This document shows positions 1-8,561 of a DNA stretch of 64,000 bases, piece after piece. The notes under the pieces are model-generated. The model did not search any database, had not been told where the DNA came from, and saw only the letters and a list, made by a program, of their open reading frames with translations. The stretch comes from Gemmatimonadota bacterium (lineage in GTDB: Bacteria; Gemmatimonadota; Gemmatimonadetes; Longimicrobiales; RSA9), in the NCBI GenBank assembly GCA_040905425.1, contig JBBDRO010000100.1, forward strand, positions 66,953 through 130,952, read 5' to 3'. The position numbers and the translations under genes were made by a program. Each line of letters starts with the position of its first letter. Positions within the stretch are counted from its first letter, which is position 1.

Positions 1-714
1 GGCCACGCCCGGCGCCGCCGCCCCGCCGTAGAGGAAGATGCCCGGACGAACCGCGTCAGCGCCGTATTCGGGCCAGCGCATCGAGGCCGCGCTGTTGCAT
101 GCGTGCACGCACAGATCTCCCAGCTTCACGGGAAGCTGCGCCAGCGCGTCCTGGAAGCGGCGCCACTGCGAAGCTACGCCCATGGCGTCGGCGGCGTCGG
201 CGCTGTGAAAGTGCGTGAACACCCCCGTCCAACGGAGCCGCGCTCCCGTGCGCGCCTGCACCGCCGCGGCCCACTCGCTGGTGTCGCGCCAGTCGAAGCC
301 GGCTCTGCCCATGCCGGTGTCGACCTCCACGTGGAACTCGAGGGGGCCGTGACGCTCCGCCGCGGCCGCCCACGCTTCCAGCCCGGCCACGCTGGATACC
401 GATGCCACCAGCCGTGCGCGGGCCGCCGTCTCGACGGCCCCGGGCGCCAGCGGGGTGAATACGTGAACGGGGCGCCGCACCCCGAGTTCCCGCAGGGCGG
501 CGCCCTCCATGGCCGTGGCTACCCCGTACCCCCACGGCTCCAGCGGCTCCAGCGCACGCACCACGCGCGCGGCACCGAGGCCGTAGGCGTCCGCCTTCAC
601 CATGGGCAGCACGCTCCGCTCGGCGCCCACGTGGCGGCGCACCGTCTCATAATTGGCGCGCACCGCGTCGAGGTTCACCTCGACCCAGGCGCGCTCTCGC
701 AAGTCGTTTGACAT
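1..714 (-). CDS. alr: Alanine racemase, first 238 codons. The 3' end runs off the left window edge, so it is absent from the supplied ORF track.
   Basis: Manual minus-strand translation from the ATG at 712-714 gives MSNDLRERAWVEVNLDAVRANYETVRRHVGAERSVLPMVKADAYGLGAARV... It has the PLP-lysine motif VKADAYGLG, then HFHSAD, CNSAAS and RPGIFLYG blocks. The frame is open to base 1. Confidence 0.9.
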   Translation of the reverse strand, partial: MSNDLRERAWVEVNLDAVRANYETVRRHVGAERSVLPMVKADAYGLGAARVVRALEPLEPWGYGVATAMEGAALRELGVRRPVHVFTPLAPGAVETAARARLVASVSSVAGLEAWAAAAERHGPLEFHVEVDTGMGRAGFDWRDTSEWAAAVQARTGARLRWTGVFTHFHSADAADAMGVASQWRRFQDALAQLPVKLGDLCVHACNSAASMRWPEYGADAVRPGIFLYGGAAAPGVA

Positions 715-818
715 GGCCGACAAAGAACGCCTAGTATAGAGTTACCGTGACCCCCGGGCAAGGCAGCGTGGCGCGCTTTTCCGCGTCCCTGAGCCACCTC
801 CGACCCACTCCCGACGAC

Positions 819-1847
819 ATGGCCGCAAACAGCTCGCTGGACGGTCCCGTGCTGGACCGCGCCCTGGACCTCGTGCGCTTCCTGCGCGCGCGCTGCCCGT
901 GGGACGCCAGGCAGACACCCGCCTCGCTCGTGCCCTATCTCCTGGAGGAGGCGCACGAGGCCGCGGACGCCATCGTGGAGGAGGATGACGGGGCCCTTCC
1001 GGGCGAACTCGGCGATCTGCTCCTGAACCTGGCCTTCCAGGTGGTGCTGGCCGAGGAGCGGGAGGCGTTCGACGCCGCAACTGTCGTGGAGCGTCTGGAG
1101 GCCAAGATGCGCCGGCGCCACCCGCAGCTGTACGGCGACGGACCCGCCCGGGACTGGGAGGCCATGAAGGCGGCGGAGCGAACCGCCGAGGACGCGGGAG
1201 CCTCCGTCCTGCATGGCCTGCCGCGGGGGCTCGAGCCGCTGTCTCGCGCACAGCGCATCCAGGACCGGGTGGCCGGTGTGGGCTTCGACTGGGCCGACGT
1301 GGAAGGTGCCCTGGCCAAGGTGGAGGAAGAACTGGCGGAGGTCCGTGGCGCGCTGGCCGCGGAACCCTCACCGGCGCTCGAGGAGGAGCTCGGGGATCTG
1401 CTCTTTGCCGTGGTCAATGTGGCGCGCCTGTCGGGTGCCCACGCCATGCGCGCCCTGCAGCGGGCCAATGCCAAGTTCACGGGCCGCTTCGAGGCGCTCG
1501 AGCGGCGGGCCGGTGAGCGCGGCCTGGTGCTGGGCCAGGCCACGCTCGAGGAACTGGACGCCGTGTGGGACGAAGTAAAGGCCGCGGAGGCCGCGCGGCG
1601 CACCGCGGAGGCTGAGCCCGCCCCGGAGGCTGAGCCCGCCCCGGAGGCTGAGCCCGCCCCGGATGGTGAGCGCGCCCCGGAGCGGCAGCCCGCCCCGGAG
1701 GGTGAGCGCGCCCCGGCGCGGCAGCCCGCCCCGGACGGTGAGCGCGCCCCGGCGCGGCAGCCCGCCCCGGAGGGTGAGCGCGCCCCGGAGCGGCAGCCCG
1801 CCGCCGAGCGTCCGCGCGCCGAGGGTGAAGGACGCCACGTGGACTGA
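819..1847 (+). CDS. mazG: MazG nucleoside triphosphate pyrophosphohydrolase with a C-terminal Pro/Glu/Ala/Arg repeat tail
   Basis: The track ORF 747..1847 starts at GTG 747. I prefer ATG 819 (MAANSSLDGPVLDRALDLVRFLRARCPWDARQT), which matches the usual MazG N-terminus. Two MazG EXXE-type halves are visible (LLEEAHEAADAI, EELGDLLFAVVNVARL). Confidence 0.9.
   Translation: MAANSSLDGPVLDRALDLVRFLRARCPWDARQTPASLVPYLLEEAHEAADAIVEEDDGALPGELGDLLLNLAFQVVLAEEREAFDAATVVERLEAKMRRRHPQLYGDGPARDWEAMKAAERTAEDAGASVLHGLPRGLEPLSRAQRIQDRVAGVGFDWADVEGALAKVEEELAEVRGALAAEPSPALEEELGDLLFAVVNVARLSGAHAMRALQRANAKFTGRFEALERRAGERGLVLGQATLEELDAVWDEVKAAEAARRTAEAEPAPEAEPAPEAEPAPDGERAPERQPAPEGERAPARQPAPDGERAPARQPAPEGERAPERQPAAERPRAEGEGRHVD
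1608..1805. repeat. In-frame tandem repeat array inside the mazG 3' end: three 18-bp units followed by four 36-bp units
   Basis: gaggctgagcccgccccg occurs at 1608, 1626 and 1644. Units of the form ga(t/g/c)ggtgagcgcgccccgg(a/c)gcggcagcccgccccg occur at 1662, 1698, 1734 and 1770. They encode (EAEPAP)x3 and (xGERAPxRQPAP)x4. Confidence 0.9.
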
Positions 1848-1899
1848 GCGCGCGGCGGGGCCGCGCTGGGACGTCGCTTACGACCGGGCGCCGCGGCCC

Positions 1900-3195
1900 T
1901 CAGGGGTAGATGCGGTTCAGCATGCGCGGGAAGGGAATCAACTCGCGGATGTGGTGCCGGCCGGCGATCCATCCCACGGTGCGCTCCACGCCCAGCCCGA
2001 AGCCGGCATGGGGAAAGGAACCGTAGCGGCGCAGTTCGAGATACCATTTGTAGGCCGCCTCGGGCAGCTTCTCCTCGTGGATGCGCTCCAGCAGCCGCGC
2101 ATGATCGTCCTCGCGCTGGCTGCCGCCGATGATCTCCCCGTAGCCTTCCGGCGCCAGCAGGTCGTTGCACAGCACCGTGCGGGGGTCGTCGGGGTTCTCC
2201 TTCATATAGAAGGCCTTGGCCTGCTTGGGGTAGTTGTAAACGAACACCGGTCGATCGTGCAGCTCCGCCAGCGCCGTCTCGTGGGGCGCGCCCAGGTCAT
2301 CCCCCCAGCTGATGTCGTGCCCCTTCTCCTGCAGAATCTTGACCGCGTCGGTATAGTCCACACGGGGGAACGGCGCGGCCACGCGCTCGAGGGTGGTGGT
2401 GTCCCGCTCCAGGACATCCAACTCGTCACGGCAGCGCTCCAGCGCGCGTTCCACGAGATAGGTGACGAAGGTCTCCTGGAGGCGCATGTTGTCCTCCGAG
2501 TCGGCCCAGGCCACCTCGGGCTCCACCATCCAGAACTCGGTGAGGTGGCGGCGCGTCTTGGACTTCTCGGCGCGAAAGGTGGGTCCGAAGCAGTACACCT
2601 TGCCGAACGCGGCGGCGGCGGCCTCCACATAGAGCTGGCCCGTCTGCGCCAGGTAGGCGGGCTCACCGAAGTAGTCGATCTCGAACAGTCCGGCGCCACC
2701 CTCCCCGATGGCGGAGGTGATAATGGGCGTGTCGATGCGGGTGAAGCCGTTCGTGTAGAAGAAATCGTGGATGGCCTGCTCCACCTCGTGGCGGATGCGG
2801 AGGCCCGCGCGCTGCTGGGCCGAGCGCAGCCAGAGGTGACGGTGATCCAGGAGGAAGTCCACCCCGTGTTCCTTCGGCTGGATGGGGTACTCCTCGCTGG
2901 CCGCGACCAGTTCCACGTCCCGCACCACGAGTTCGTAGCCACCGGGGGCGCGCGCGTCCGCCTTCACGCTTCCGGTGATGCACACGGTGCTCTCCTGGGT
3001 CAGCGCCGTGAACGATTCCCATGCAGGCTCGGAGAGCTCCTTGCGGGCAAAGACGCACTGGACGATGCCGGTACCGTCACGCACCACGGCAAAGCCGATC
3101 TTGCCGTGGGTCCGGGTGGTATGCACCCAGCCCCGGATGATGACATCGTTTCCTTCGTGGTCCCCCAGGGACCGGATCTCGGCTAGGACGGCCAT
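1900..3195 (-). CDS. asnS: Asparagine--tRNA ligase
   Basis: C-terminal 431 codons of the 832-aa track ORF, from MAVLAEIRSLGDHEGNDVIIRGWVHTTR. Class IIb aaRS motifs are present (FRAEKSKTRRHLTEFWMVEPE, GFGLGVERTV). The upstream 400 aa of the ORF is Arg/Gly-rich read-through and overlaps the opposite-strand gene. Confidence 0.95.
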   Translation of the reverse strand: MAVLAEIRSLGDHEGNDVIIRGWVHTTRTHGKIGFAVVRDGTGIVQCVFARKELSEPAWESFTALTQESTVCITGSVKADARAPGGYELVVRDVELVAASEEYPIQPKEHGVDFLLDHRHLWLRSAQQRAGLRIRHEVEQAIHDFFYTNGFTRIDTPIITSAIGEGGAGLFEIDYFGEPAYLAQTGQLYVEAAAAAFGKVYCFGPTFRAEKSKTRRHLTEFWMVEPEVAWADSEDNMRLQETFVTYLVERALERCRDELDVLERDTTTLERVAAPFPRVDYTDAVKILQEKGHDISWGDDLGAPHETALAELHDRPVFVYNYPKQAKAFYMKENPDDPRTVLCNDLLAPEGYGEIIGGSQREDDHARLLERIHEEKLPEAAYKWYLELRRYGSFPHAGFGLGVERTVGWIAGRHHIRELIPFPRMLNRIYP

Positions 3196-3210
3196 GGACC
3201 TGCTCGGCAG

Positions 3211-4389
3211 ATGATCGGTGCGGACGAATGCCCGTGCCCCGCAGCCGCGGGGTGCGAAAAGGTAGACGGGCCGTCGGAGAGGGTCAATCGGGGGCGCGCC
3301 GCCTGGCGGACCCCCGGCGTGGCGCTGGCCGTACTCCTGCTGGAGGGCTGCCTGGCGGCGCCGCGCCCGGTGCCCGTGGCCGACGTGGCGCCGCCCGCAG
3401 GGTCCGTGCCCGCCGCGGCCCCGGCCGCGCCGGTGGAGGCGTGGCGCACGGACGTGGGCAACGGACTCGAGTACGGCATCACGGTGCACGGCCCGGTGAT
3501 CCTGGCCACAACCACGGACCGCATGCTGGTGGCCCACGCGGCGGCGGACGGCCGGCGTTTCTGGGGCCGCCGCTACGGCTCGCCGCTGGTGGGCGCGCCC
3601 GTACCCGTGGCAGGGCACGTCCACTTCGGCACGGGCTACCGGGACCGGAAGATCCACGCCGTGGAGCTGGAACTGGGGCGCGCGGGCTGGGAGCGCCGCA
3701 CGGGGGAGGCGCGCACGCCCGTAACCGTGGGATCCGACGACCTCTACGTGGGCATGGAGGACGGACGCGTGCTGGCGCTCTCCCTGGAGGACGGGACCGT
3801 GCGCTGGGAGCGCCGTCTGCCGGACAGGGCCGCGTGGGCGCCCGTGCTCCAAGGAGATCAGGTCATCGTGGCCACCTACCACGACACCCTCTACTCCCTG
3901 GACGCGGCCACCGGCCAGGTACGCGGCCGCCTGCCGTTGCCGGGCACCCCGTCGGCACCGCCCCTCGTGGTGGAGGCCACCCTGTATCTGCCGCTCCATC
4001 CAGGCGTGCTGGCCGCGGTGGTCCTTTCGGGAACACAGCCCGCGCTGGCGTGGCGCGCCGAGCTGGCCGACCCCGTGCTCGCCGCGCCCGTCCGCATGCC
4101 CGGCGGCGGCCTGCTGCTGCTGGATCGAGCGGCACGCCTGTGGACCGTGGACGCGGCCGGGAGCGCGCGGCAGCTCGTGGAGCTGGGCGGCGCCGCCACG
4201 GGCTCCCTGGCGGCGGCGGCGCAGGGCGCCGTCGTGGGCCGTCTGGATGGCGCGCTCTTCCTGGTCGGCGCCGACGGCGTGGTACGCTGGCGGCTGGAGT
4301 TGGGCGACGCGATCGTGAGCCCGGTAACCGTGCGCGCCGACGGCCTGTACGTACCGCTCCTTCACGGTGAGATCGTGAAATTCAGATGA
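3211..4389 (+). CDS. PQQ-like beta-propeller repeat lipoprotein (BamB-like)
   Basis: Lipobox-like LLLEGC is followed by repeated blade motifs (DGRVLALSLEDGTVRWERRL, HDTLYSLDAATGQVRGRL, DGALFLVGADGVVRWRLEL). The start codon is uncertain. Confidence 0.6.
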   Translation: MIGADECPCPAAAGCEKVDGPSERVNRGRAAWRTPGVALAVLLLEGCLAAPRPVPVADVAPPAGSVPAAAPAAPVEAWRTDVGNGLEYGITVHGPVILATTTDRMLVAHAAADGRRFWGRRYGSPLVGAPVPVAGHVHFGTGYRDRKIHAVELELGRAGWERRTGEARTPVTVGSDDLYVGMEDGRVLALSLEDGTVRWERRLPDRAAWAPVLQGDQVIVATYHDTLYSLDAATGQVRGRLPLPGTPSAPPLVVEATLYLPLHPGVLAAVVLSGTQPALAWRAELADPVLAAPVRMPGGGLLLLDRAARLWTVDAAGSARQLVELGGAATGSLAAAAQGAVVGRLDGALFLVGADGVVRWRLELGDAIVSPVTVRADGLYVPLLHGEIVKFR

Positions 4390-5048
4390 GGCTGACAAGG
4401 CGCTCTACCGGATTGCTGCTGGGCACGCTGGTGGCGGCTCAGGGATCGGCCGCGGCTCAGGGATCGGCCGCGGCCCAGGGATCAGGATCAGCCGCGGCCC
4501 AGGGATCAGCCGCGGCCCAGGTCGCGGGGCTGGAGGGTCCAGCGCCTTTCCAGGCGCGCGCGACCGCGGCAGGCCTGGTGTGGGCGTCCGAACCCGAGCG
4601 CGAGTGGACCGCGGGGGCCGTTGTAGAGCGCGCCGCGGGCGGCCCGTTCCGCCCCGTGGCGGTGGCCAAATGGGGATTCCTCGGCGGCGCAGCCGGGGTC
4701 GCGGTGTGGGGTGTCCTCGAGAGCCGCCGCGCGGACGACGCGTACGAGGCGCTCGAGGCGCGCTGCGCCGCGGACGAAGCGGCGTGCGCGGCACGCCTGG
4801 CCTCGGGCGCCTACGCCGACGCCGGCCTGGAGGCGGCCTACGGGGACGTGCTGGCCGCGGATCGCCGCGCCGGCCGTGCGCTGCTGGCCGCCGAGGTGGC
4901 GTTTGCCGCCAGTGTGGTGCTCTTCGTACTGGACCTACGCAACGCTGGGGCGCCGGAAGATATTCCCTACGAACCCCGGCTGCGGACGGGCCGGATGGAA
5001 GACGGTGGTGTGCGTCTCTCGCTCCACCTTCGCCTCCCGCACCGCTGA
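4386..5048 (+). CDS. Hypothetical exported/membrane protein with a GSAAAQ repeat after the signal region
   Basis: Has an ATGA overlap with the upstream gene. The N-terminus MRLTRRSTGLLLGTLVAAQG is signal-like, and there is a C-terminal hydrophobic helix (ALLAAEVAFAASVVLFVL). No family was recognised. Confidence 0.5.
   Translation: MRLTRRSTGLLLGTLVAAQGSAAAQGSAAAQGSGSAAAQGSAAAQVAGLEGPAPFQARATAAGLVWASEPEREWTAGAVVERAAGGPFRPVAVAKWGFLGGAAGVAVWGVLESRRADDAYEALEARCAADEAACAARLASGAYADAGLEAAYGDVLAADRRAGRALLAAEVAFAASVVLFVLDLRNAGAPEDIPYEPRLRTGRMEDGGVRLSLHLRLPHR
4437..4520. repeat. 18-bp tandem repeat (gc[tc]cagggatc[ga]gccgcg), about 4.5 copies, one with a 6-bp insertion
   Basis: Read directly at 4437, 4455, 4473 (24-bp variant), 4497 and 4515 (partial). 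Encodes AQGSAA units. Confidence 0.85.
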
Positions 5049-6092
5049 TTCCGCGGCGGCCGGCACAAGCTCCTCCTGACCCGCGAGCTCGAGCAACACA
5101 TCCACGATCCGCGGGTCGAACTGCCGCCCGCGCTGGGCCGTTATCTCCGCCAGTGCCCGCTTCCGTGACCATGCCGCCTTGTAGGGGCGGACATGGGTGA
5201 GGGCGTCGAACACGTCCGCCACGGCCACGATGCGCCCCTCGAGCGGAATCTCCTCGCCGCGCAGCCCACGCGGGTAACCGGTTCCGTCCCAGCGCTCGTG
5301 GTGGGTGAGCGCAATGCTTTCGGCCATGCGCAGCACGGGAAAGCGGCTCCCCGCCAGGATGGCGGCACCCACCACCGTGTGCTGACGCACATTCTCCAGT
5401 TGGTCATCCGTCAGCGAGCCCTGCTTTTGGAGCACCGCGTCACTCACGGCGATCTTGCCCAGATCGTGAAGCGGCGCGGCGCGCGCGATCCGCCGCACCG
5501 CCGCCGCGCTCATGCCCAGGCGGCGGGCGATTCCGGCCGACAGCGCCGCCACGCGCTCCGTGTGCCCCCGGGTGGGCCCATCGTGCAAGCGGGTGGCCTC
5601 CTCCAGCCGCGCGATGATCTCGTCCTCCGCCAGGTCGGCCCGGCGCCGCTGCCGCACCGCGTCCGCGGAAGTGCGGCGCTGCCACCGGATGAACTCCAGC
5701 AGCCGCTCCACCCGCATGACGAGGTCAGCGCCCATGTAGGGCTTCACGACGAAGTCCGCGGCACCGAGTTCGTGGGCGCGACGCCGGGAGGGCGCGGTGC
5801 CGTCGGCGCTGACCACGATGACGGGTACCACTCCCTCCTCACCCAGCGCCTCACGCAGGGCGGTCAGGAAGTCGAAGCCGTCATGCCGGGGCATGTGCAG
5901 GTCCAGGAGCACCACGTCGTGTCGGTGCGCCTGGAAGAGCGCCAGCGCCGTCTCACCCTCCCCCGCAACATCCACGTGCGGACAGCCGGCACGCTCCAGG
6001 AGGCGTACCAGGAGGCGGGCGTTGGATGCCTCATCGTCCACCACGAGGAGGCGGGCGTCAGCCAGCACGTTGTCCAGCGCCTGATCCGGCAT
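4935..6092 (-). CDS. Response regulator with an HD-GYP c-di-GMP phosphodiesterase domain (RpfG-like)
   Basis: REC domain: LLVVDDEASNARLL...VVLLDLHMPRHDG...FVVKP. HD-GYP domain: HTERVA...LHDLGKI...THHERWDGTGYPRGL. I prefer the start at MPDQALDNVL (6092) over the track start at 6182. Confidence 0.9.
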   Translation of the reverse strand: MPDQALDNVLADARLLVVDDEASNARLLVRLLERAGCPHVDVAGEGETALALFQAHRHDVVLLDLHMPRHDGFDFLTALREALGEEGVVPVIVVSADGTAPSRRRAHELGAADFVVKPYMGADLVMRVERLLEFIRWQRRTSADAVRQRRRADLAEDEIIARLEEATRLHDGPTRGHTERVAALSAGIARRLGMSAAAVRRIARAAPLHDLGKIAVSDAVLQKQGSLTDDQLENVRQHTVVGAAILAGSRFPVLRMAESIALTHHERWDGTGYPRGLRGEEIPLEGRIVAVADVFDALTHVRPYKAAWSRKRALAEITAQRGRQFDPRIVDVLLELAGQEELVPAAAESAVREAKVERETHTTVFHPARPQPGFVGNIFRRPSVA

Positions 6093-6458
6093 GGTGATTC
6101 TCCCGCTCGCCCTGCGGGCGGAGCGCCGTGTGATGATAGGGGCTACGCCGTGGGCGCCGATGCGCTTCATGGTGCGTGTCACGCCACACCCATAAGGCGA
6201 GGCTCATGCCGTATTCGCGAAAGCGCTGCACATGTTGTGGGAGAAGAACATCCACCGGTTCGGCCTGCCACCGGGACTGTCCAGAATCAGGACATATGCC
6301 CGCGGCGTGGAGCCACCGGGCGAACGGCGAGTGCTGGCGCACGCGAGTCCCGGCCTGGCTGTATGGTATCCGGACAGTGTCGGGAATCTCCACAGCGGCG
6401 ACGGGAGGGTCGGCCAACGCAGACCGGGAAACCGGCTCATCGTACCGGGAGGGCCGGC

Positions 6459-8552
6459 TCAGCCCACGTCGTAGAGCCGCGCGCGCTCCGCCCAGCGCGC
6501 ACGCAGCGCGGCGGCCACCGCGGCGTGCTCCGGCGTGCGCAGCTCGGGATCCGCCGCCACGGCGGCCCGGGCGTCCCGCCGGGCCAGCAGCAGCAGATCC
6601 TCGTCTCGCTCAGGGTCGAAGTGGCGCAGCTCGGGCAGTCCGTGCTGGCGTGCGCCGAAGAAGTCTCCCATGCCGCGCAGACGTAGATCGGCGAGCGCGA
6701 TGGCAAAGCCGTCCTCCGTGCCCGCGAACAGTTGCAGACGTTCGGCCGCCTCCCCGCCGCCGGTGAGCAGGACGCAATAGCTCTCCTCCCCGCCCCGGCC
6801 CACCCGCCCCCGCAACTGGTGCAGCTGCGAGAGTCCGAAGCGTTCCGCGTGCTCCACCACCATCACGGTGGCGTTGGGCACGTCGATACCCACTTCGATG
6901 ACCGTGGTGGCCACGAGCACATCCAGCTCACCCGCCGCGAAGGAGCGCATGACCGCCTCCTTCTCCTGGCCCGCGAGCTGGCCGTGCAGGAGCCCCACCC
7001 GGAAGTCCGGAAAGACGTCCGTGGAGAGCCGCTCGTACTCCTCTGTAGCAGCCCGTCCGTCCACGTGCTCCGAGGCCTCCACCAGTGGGTAGACCAGGTA
7101 CGCCTGCCGGCCGCGGCCGAGCTGCTCACGCACGAAGGCGTGCACGGCGCCGCGCTTCTCCTCCCCGCGCAGCGCGGTGCGCACCGGTAGCCGGCCCGGC
7201 GGCCGCTCGTCCAGCACGGACAGCTCCAGGTCCCCGTAGAGGGTGAGGGCCAGGGATCTGGGGATGGGCGTGGCCGACATGACGAGCACGTCGGGATCCC
7301 CCCCGGGCTCGGCCGCGCCGGGCGGTTCCGCAAGCGCCAGGCGCTGACGTACCCCGAAGCGATGCTGCTCGTCCACGATGGCCAGCCCCAGCCGGTGCCA
7401 GCGCACACCCTCCTGGATGAGCGCGTGGGTGCCCACGACCAGTTGCGCCCGGCCGCTCTCCACGCCCTCCCGCGCGGCGCGCCGCTCCGCCTGCGTCAAG
7501 CGCCCGGTCAGGAGCTCCACGCTCACCGGCAGCTCTCCCAGCAGGGTGCGCAGCGTACGGGCGTGCTGCTCGGCCAGGATCTCGGTGGGGGCCATGAGCG
7601 CCGCCTGATAGCCATTCTCCACTGCCAGCAGCATGGCCAGCAGCGCCACCACCGTCTTGCCCGAGCCCACGTCCCCCTGCAGGAGGCGGTTCATGCGCAG
7701 CGGAGCGGCCATGTCGGTGAAGATCTCCCGCAGCGCACGCGTCTGCGCGGCGGTGAGCTGGAAGGGCAGCGCGCGGTAGAGCGCGCCCACGAGCCGATCC
7801 GAGCGCTGGAAGGATATGCCGCCGCGCCCCGCGGTGGCGCGATCGGCCGCCAGCGCATGCAGGAGCTGGAGGAAGAAGAGTTCCTCATACGCCAGGCGGC
7901 GCCGTCCGCGCTCGGCATCCGCCAGCTTTTCCGGCCGGTGCAGCAGCGCCATAGCCTGCATGAGCGTGGGCAGGCCGGCCGCCTCGAGCTGCGCGCGTGG
8001 AAAGATCTCGGCGGGCTGCAGCAGTGGCAGGTGGCGGTCCAGATTCTGCTCCACGATGGCCCGTACCACCTTCTGGGAGAGGCCCTCCGTGGTGGGGTAG
8101 ATGGGCAGGACCTTACCGCCCGCCTCCGCCTCCTCCGCACGCCCCAGGACCACGTACTCGCGCGGCTGCATCTGCTTGCCGTGGAAGAAGCGCACGGGCC
8201 CGGTCACGAGCAGCAGGTCCCCCCGCCGGATGGTGCGCTCCAGGAAGGGTTGCCCCGGCCAGGAACACTCCAGCACGCCCGAGCGATCGCGCAGCACCGC
8301 CTGGAAGATGCGCAGCCCCCTGCGGGTGGGCAGGACGCCCTTGTCCATTACCTCACCGATAACGGTGGCGTCCGTGCCCAGCTCCACCTTCCCGATGGGC
8401 GTCACCGTGCTGGCGTCCTCGTAGCGGCGGGGCAGGTGGAAGAGGAGGTCGCGCACCGTGTGGACGCCGATGCGCCCCAACGCTTCGGCCCTCCGGGGAC
8501 CCACCCCCTTGAGGAATTGTACCGATCCATCCAGAGGAGACGGGCCGCTCAT
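6459..8552 (-). CDS. recG: ATP-dependent DNA helicase RecG
   Basis: 697 aa. Wedge domain N-terminus, Walker A GDVGSGKT, DEQHRFGV, and helicase C motifs (QLHQLRGRVGRG). Confidence 0.95.
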   Translation of the reverse strand: MSGPSPLDGSVQFLKGVGPRRAEALGRIGVHTVRDLLFHLPRRYEDASTVTPIGKVELGTDATVIGEVMDKGVLPTRRGLRIFQAVLRDRSGVLECSWPGQPFLERTIRRGDLLLVTGPVRFFHGKQMQPREYVVLGRAEEAEAGGKVLPIYPTTEGLSQKVVRAIVEQNLDRHLPLLQPAEIFPRAQLEAAGLPTLMQAMALLHRPEKLADAERGRRRLAYEELFFLQLLHALAADRATAGRGGISFQRSDRLVGALYRALPFQLTAAQTRALREIFTDMAAPLRMNRLLQGDVGSGKTVVALLAMLLAVENGYQAALMAPTEILAEQHARTLRTLLGELPVSVELLTGRLTQAERRAAREGVESGRAQLVVGTHALIQEGVRWHRLGLAIVDEQHRFGVRQRLALAEPPGAAEPGGDPDVLVMSATPIPRSLALTLYGDLELSVLDERPPGRLPVRTALRGEEKRGAVHAFVREQLGRGRQAYLVYPLVEASEHVDGRAATEEYERLSTDVFPDFRVGLLHGQLAGQEKEAVMRSFAAGELDVLVATTVIEVGIDVPNATVMVVEHAERFGLSQLHQLRGRVGRGGEESYCVLLTGGGEAAERLQLFAGTEDGFAIALADLRLRGMGDFFGARQHGLPELRHFDPERDEDLLLLARRDARAAVAADPELRTPEHAAVAAALRARWAERARLYDVG

Positions 8553-8561
8553 GGCACGCGC

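Noticed and set aside
1608-1805. Possible CRISPR-like array because of regular repeats
   Set aside because: The units are directly adjacent with no unique spacers, they are in frame within mazG, and no cas genes are present.
1900-4398. 832-aa minus-strand ORF in the track
   Set aside because: Only the C-terminal 431 aa (from MAVLAEIRS, 3195) are AsnRS. The N-terminal 400 aa are Arg/Gly/His-rich, have no recognisable similarity, and lie antisense to the better-supported beta-propeller gene. This is a GC-driven open frame.
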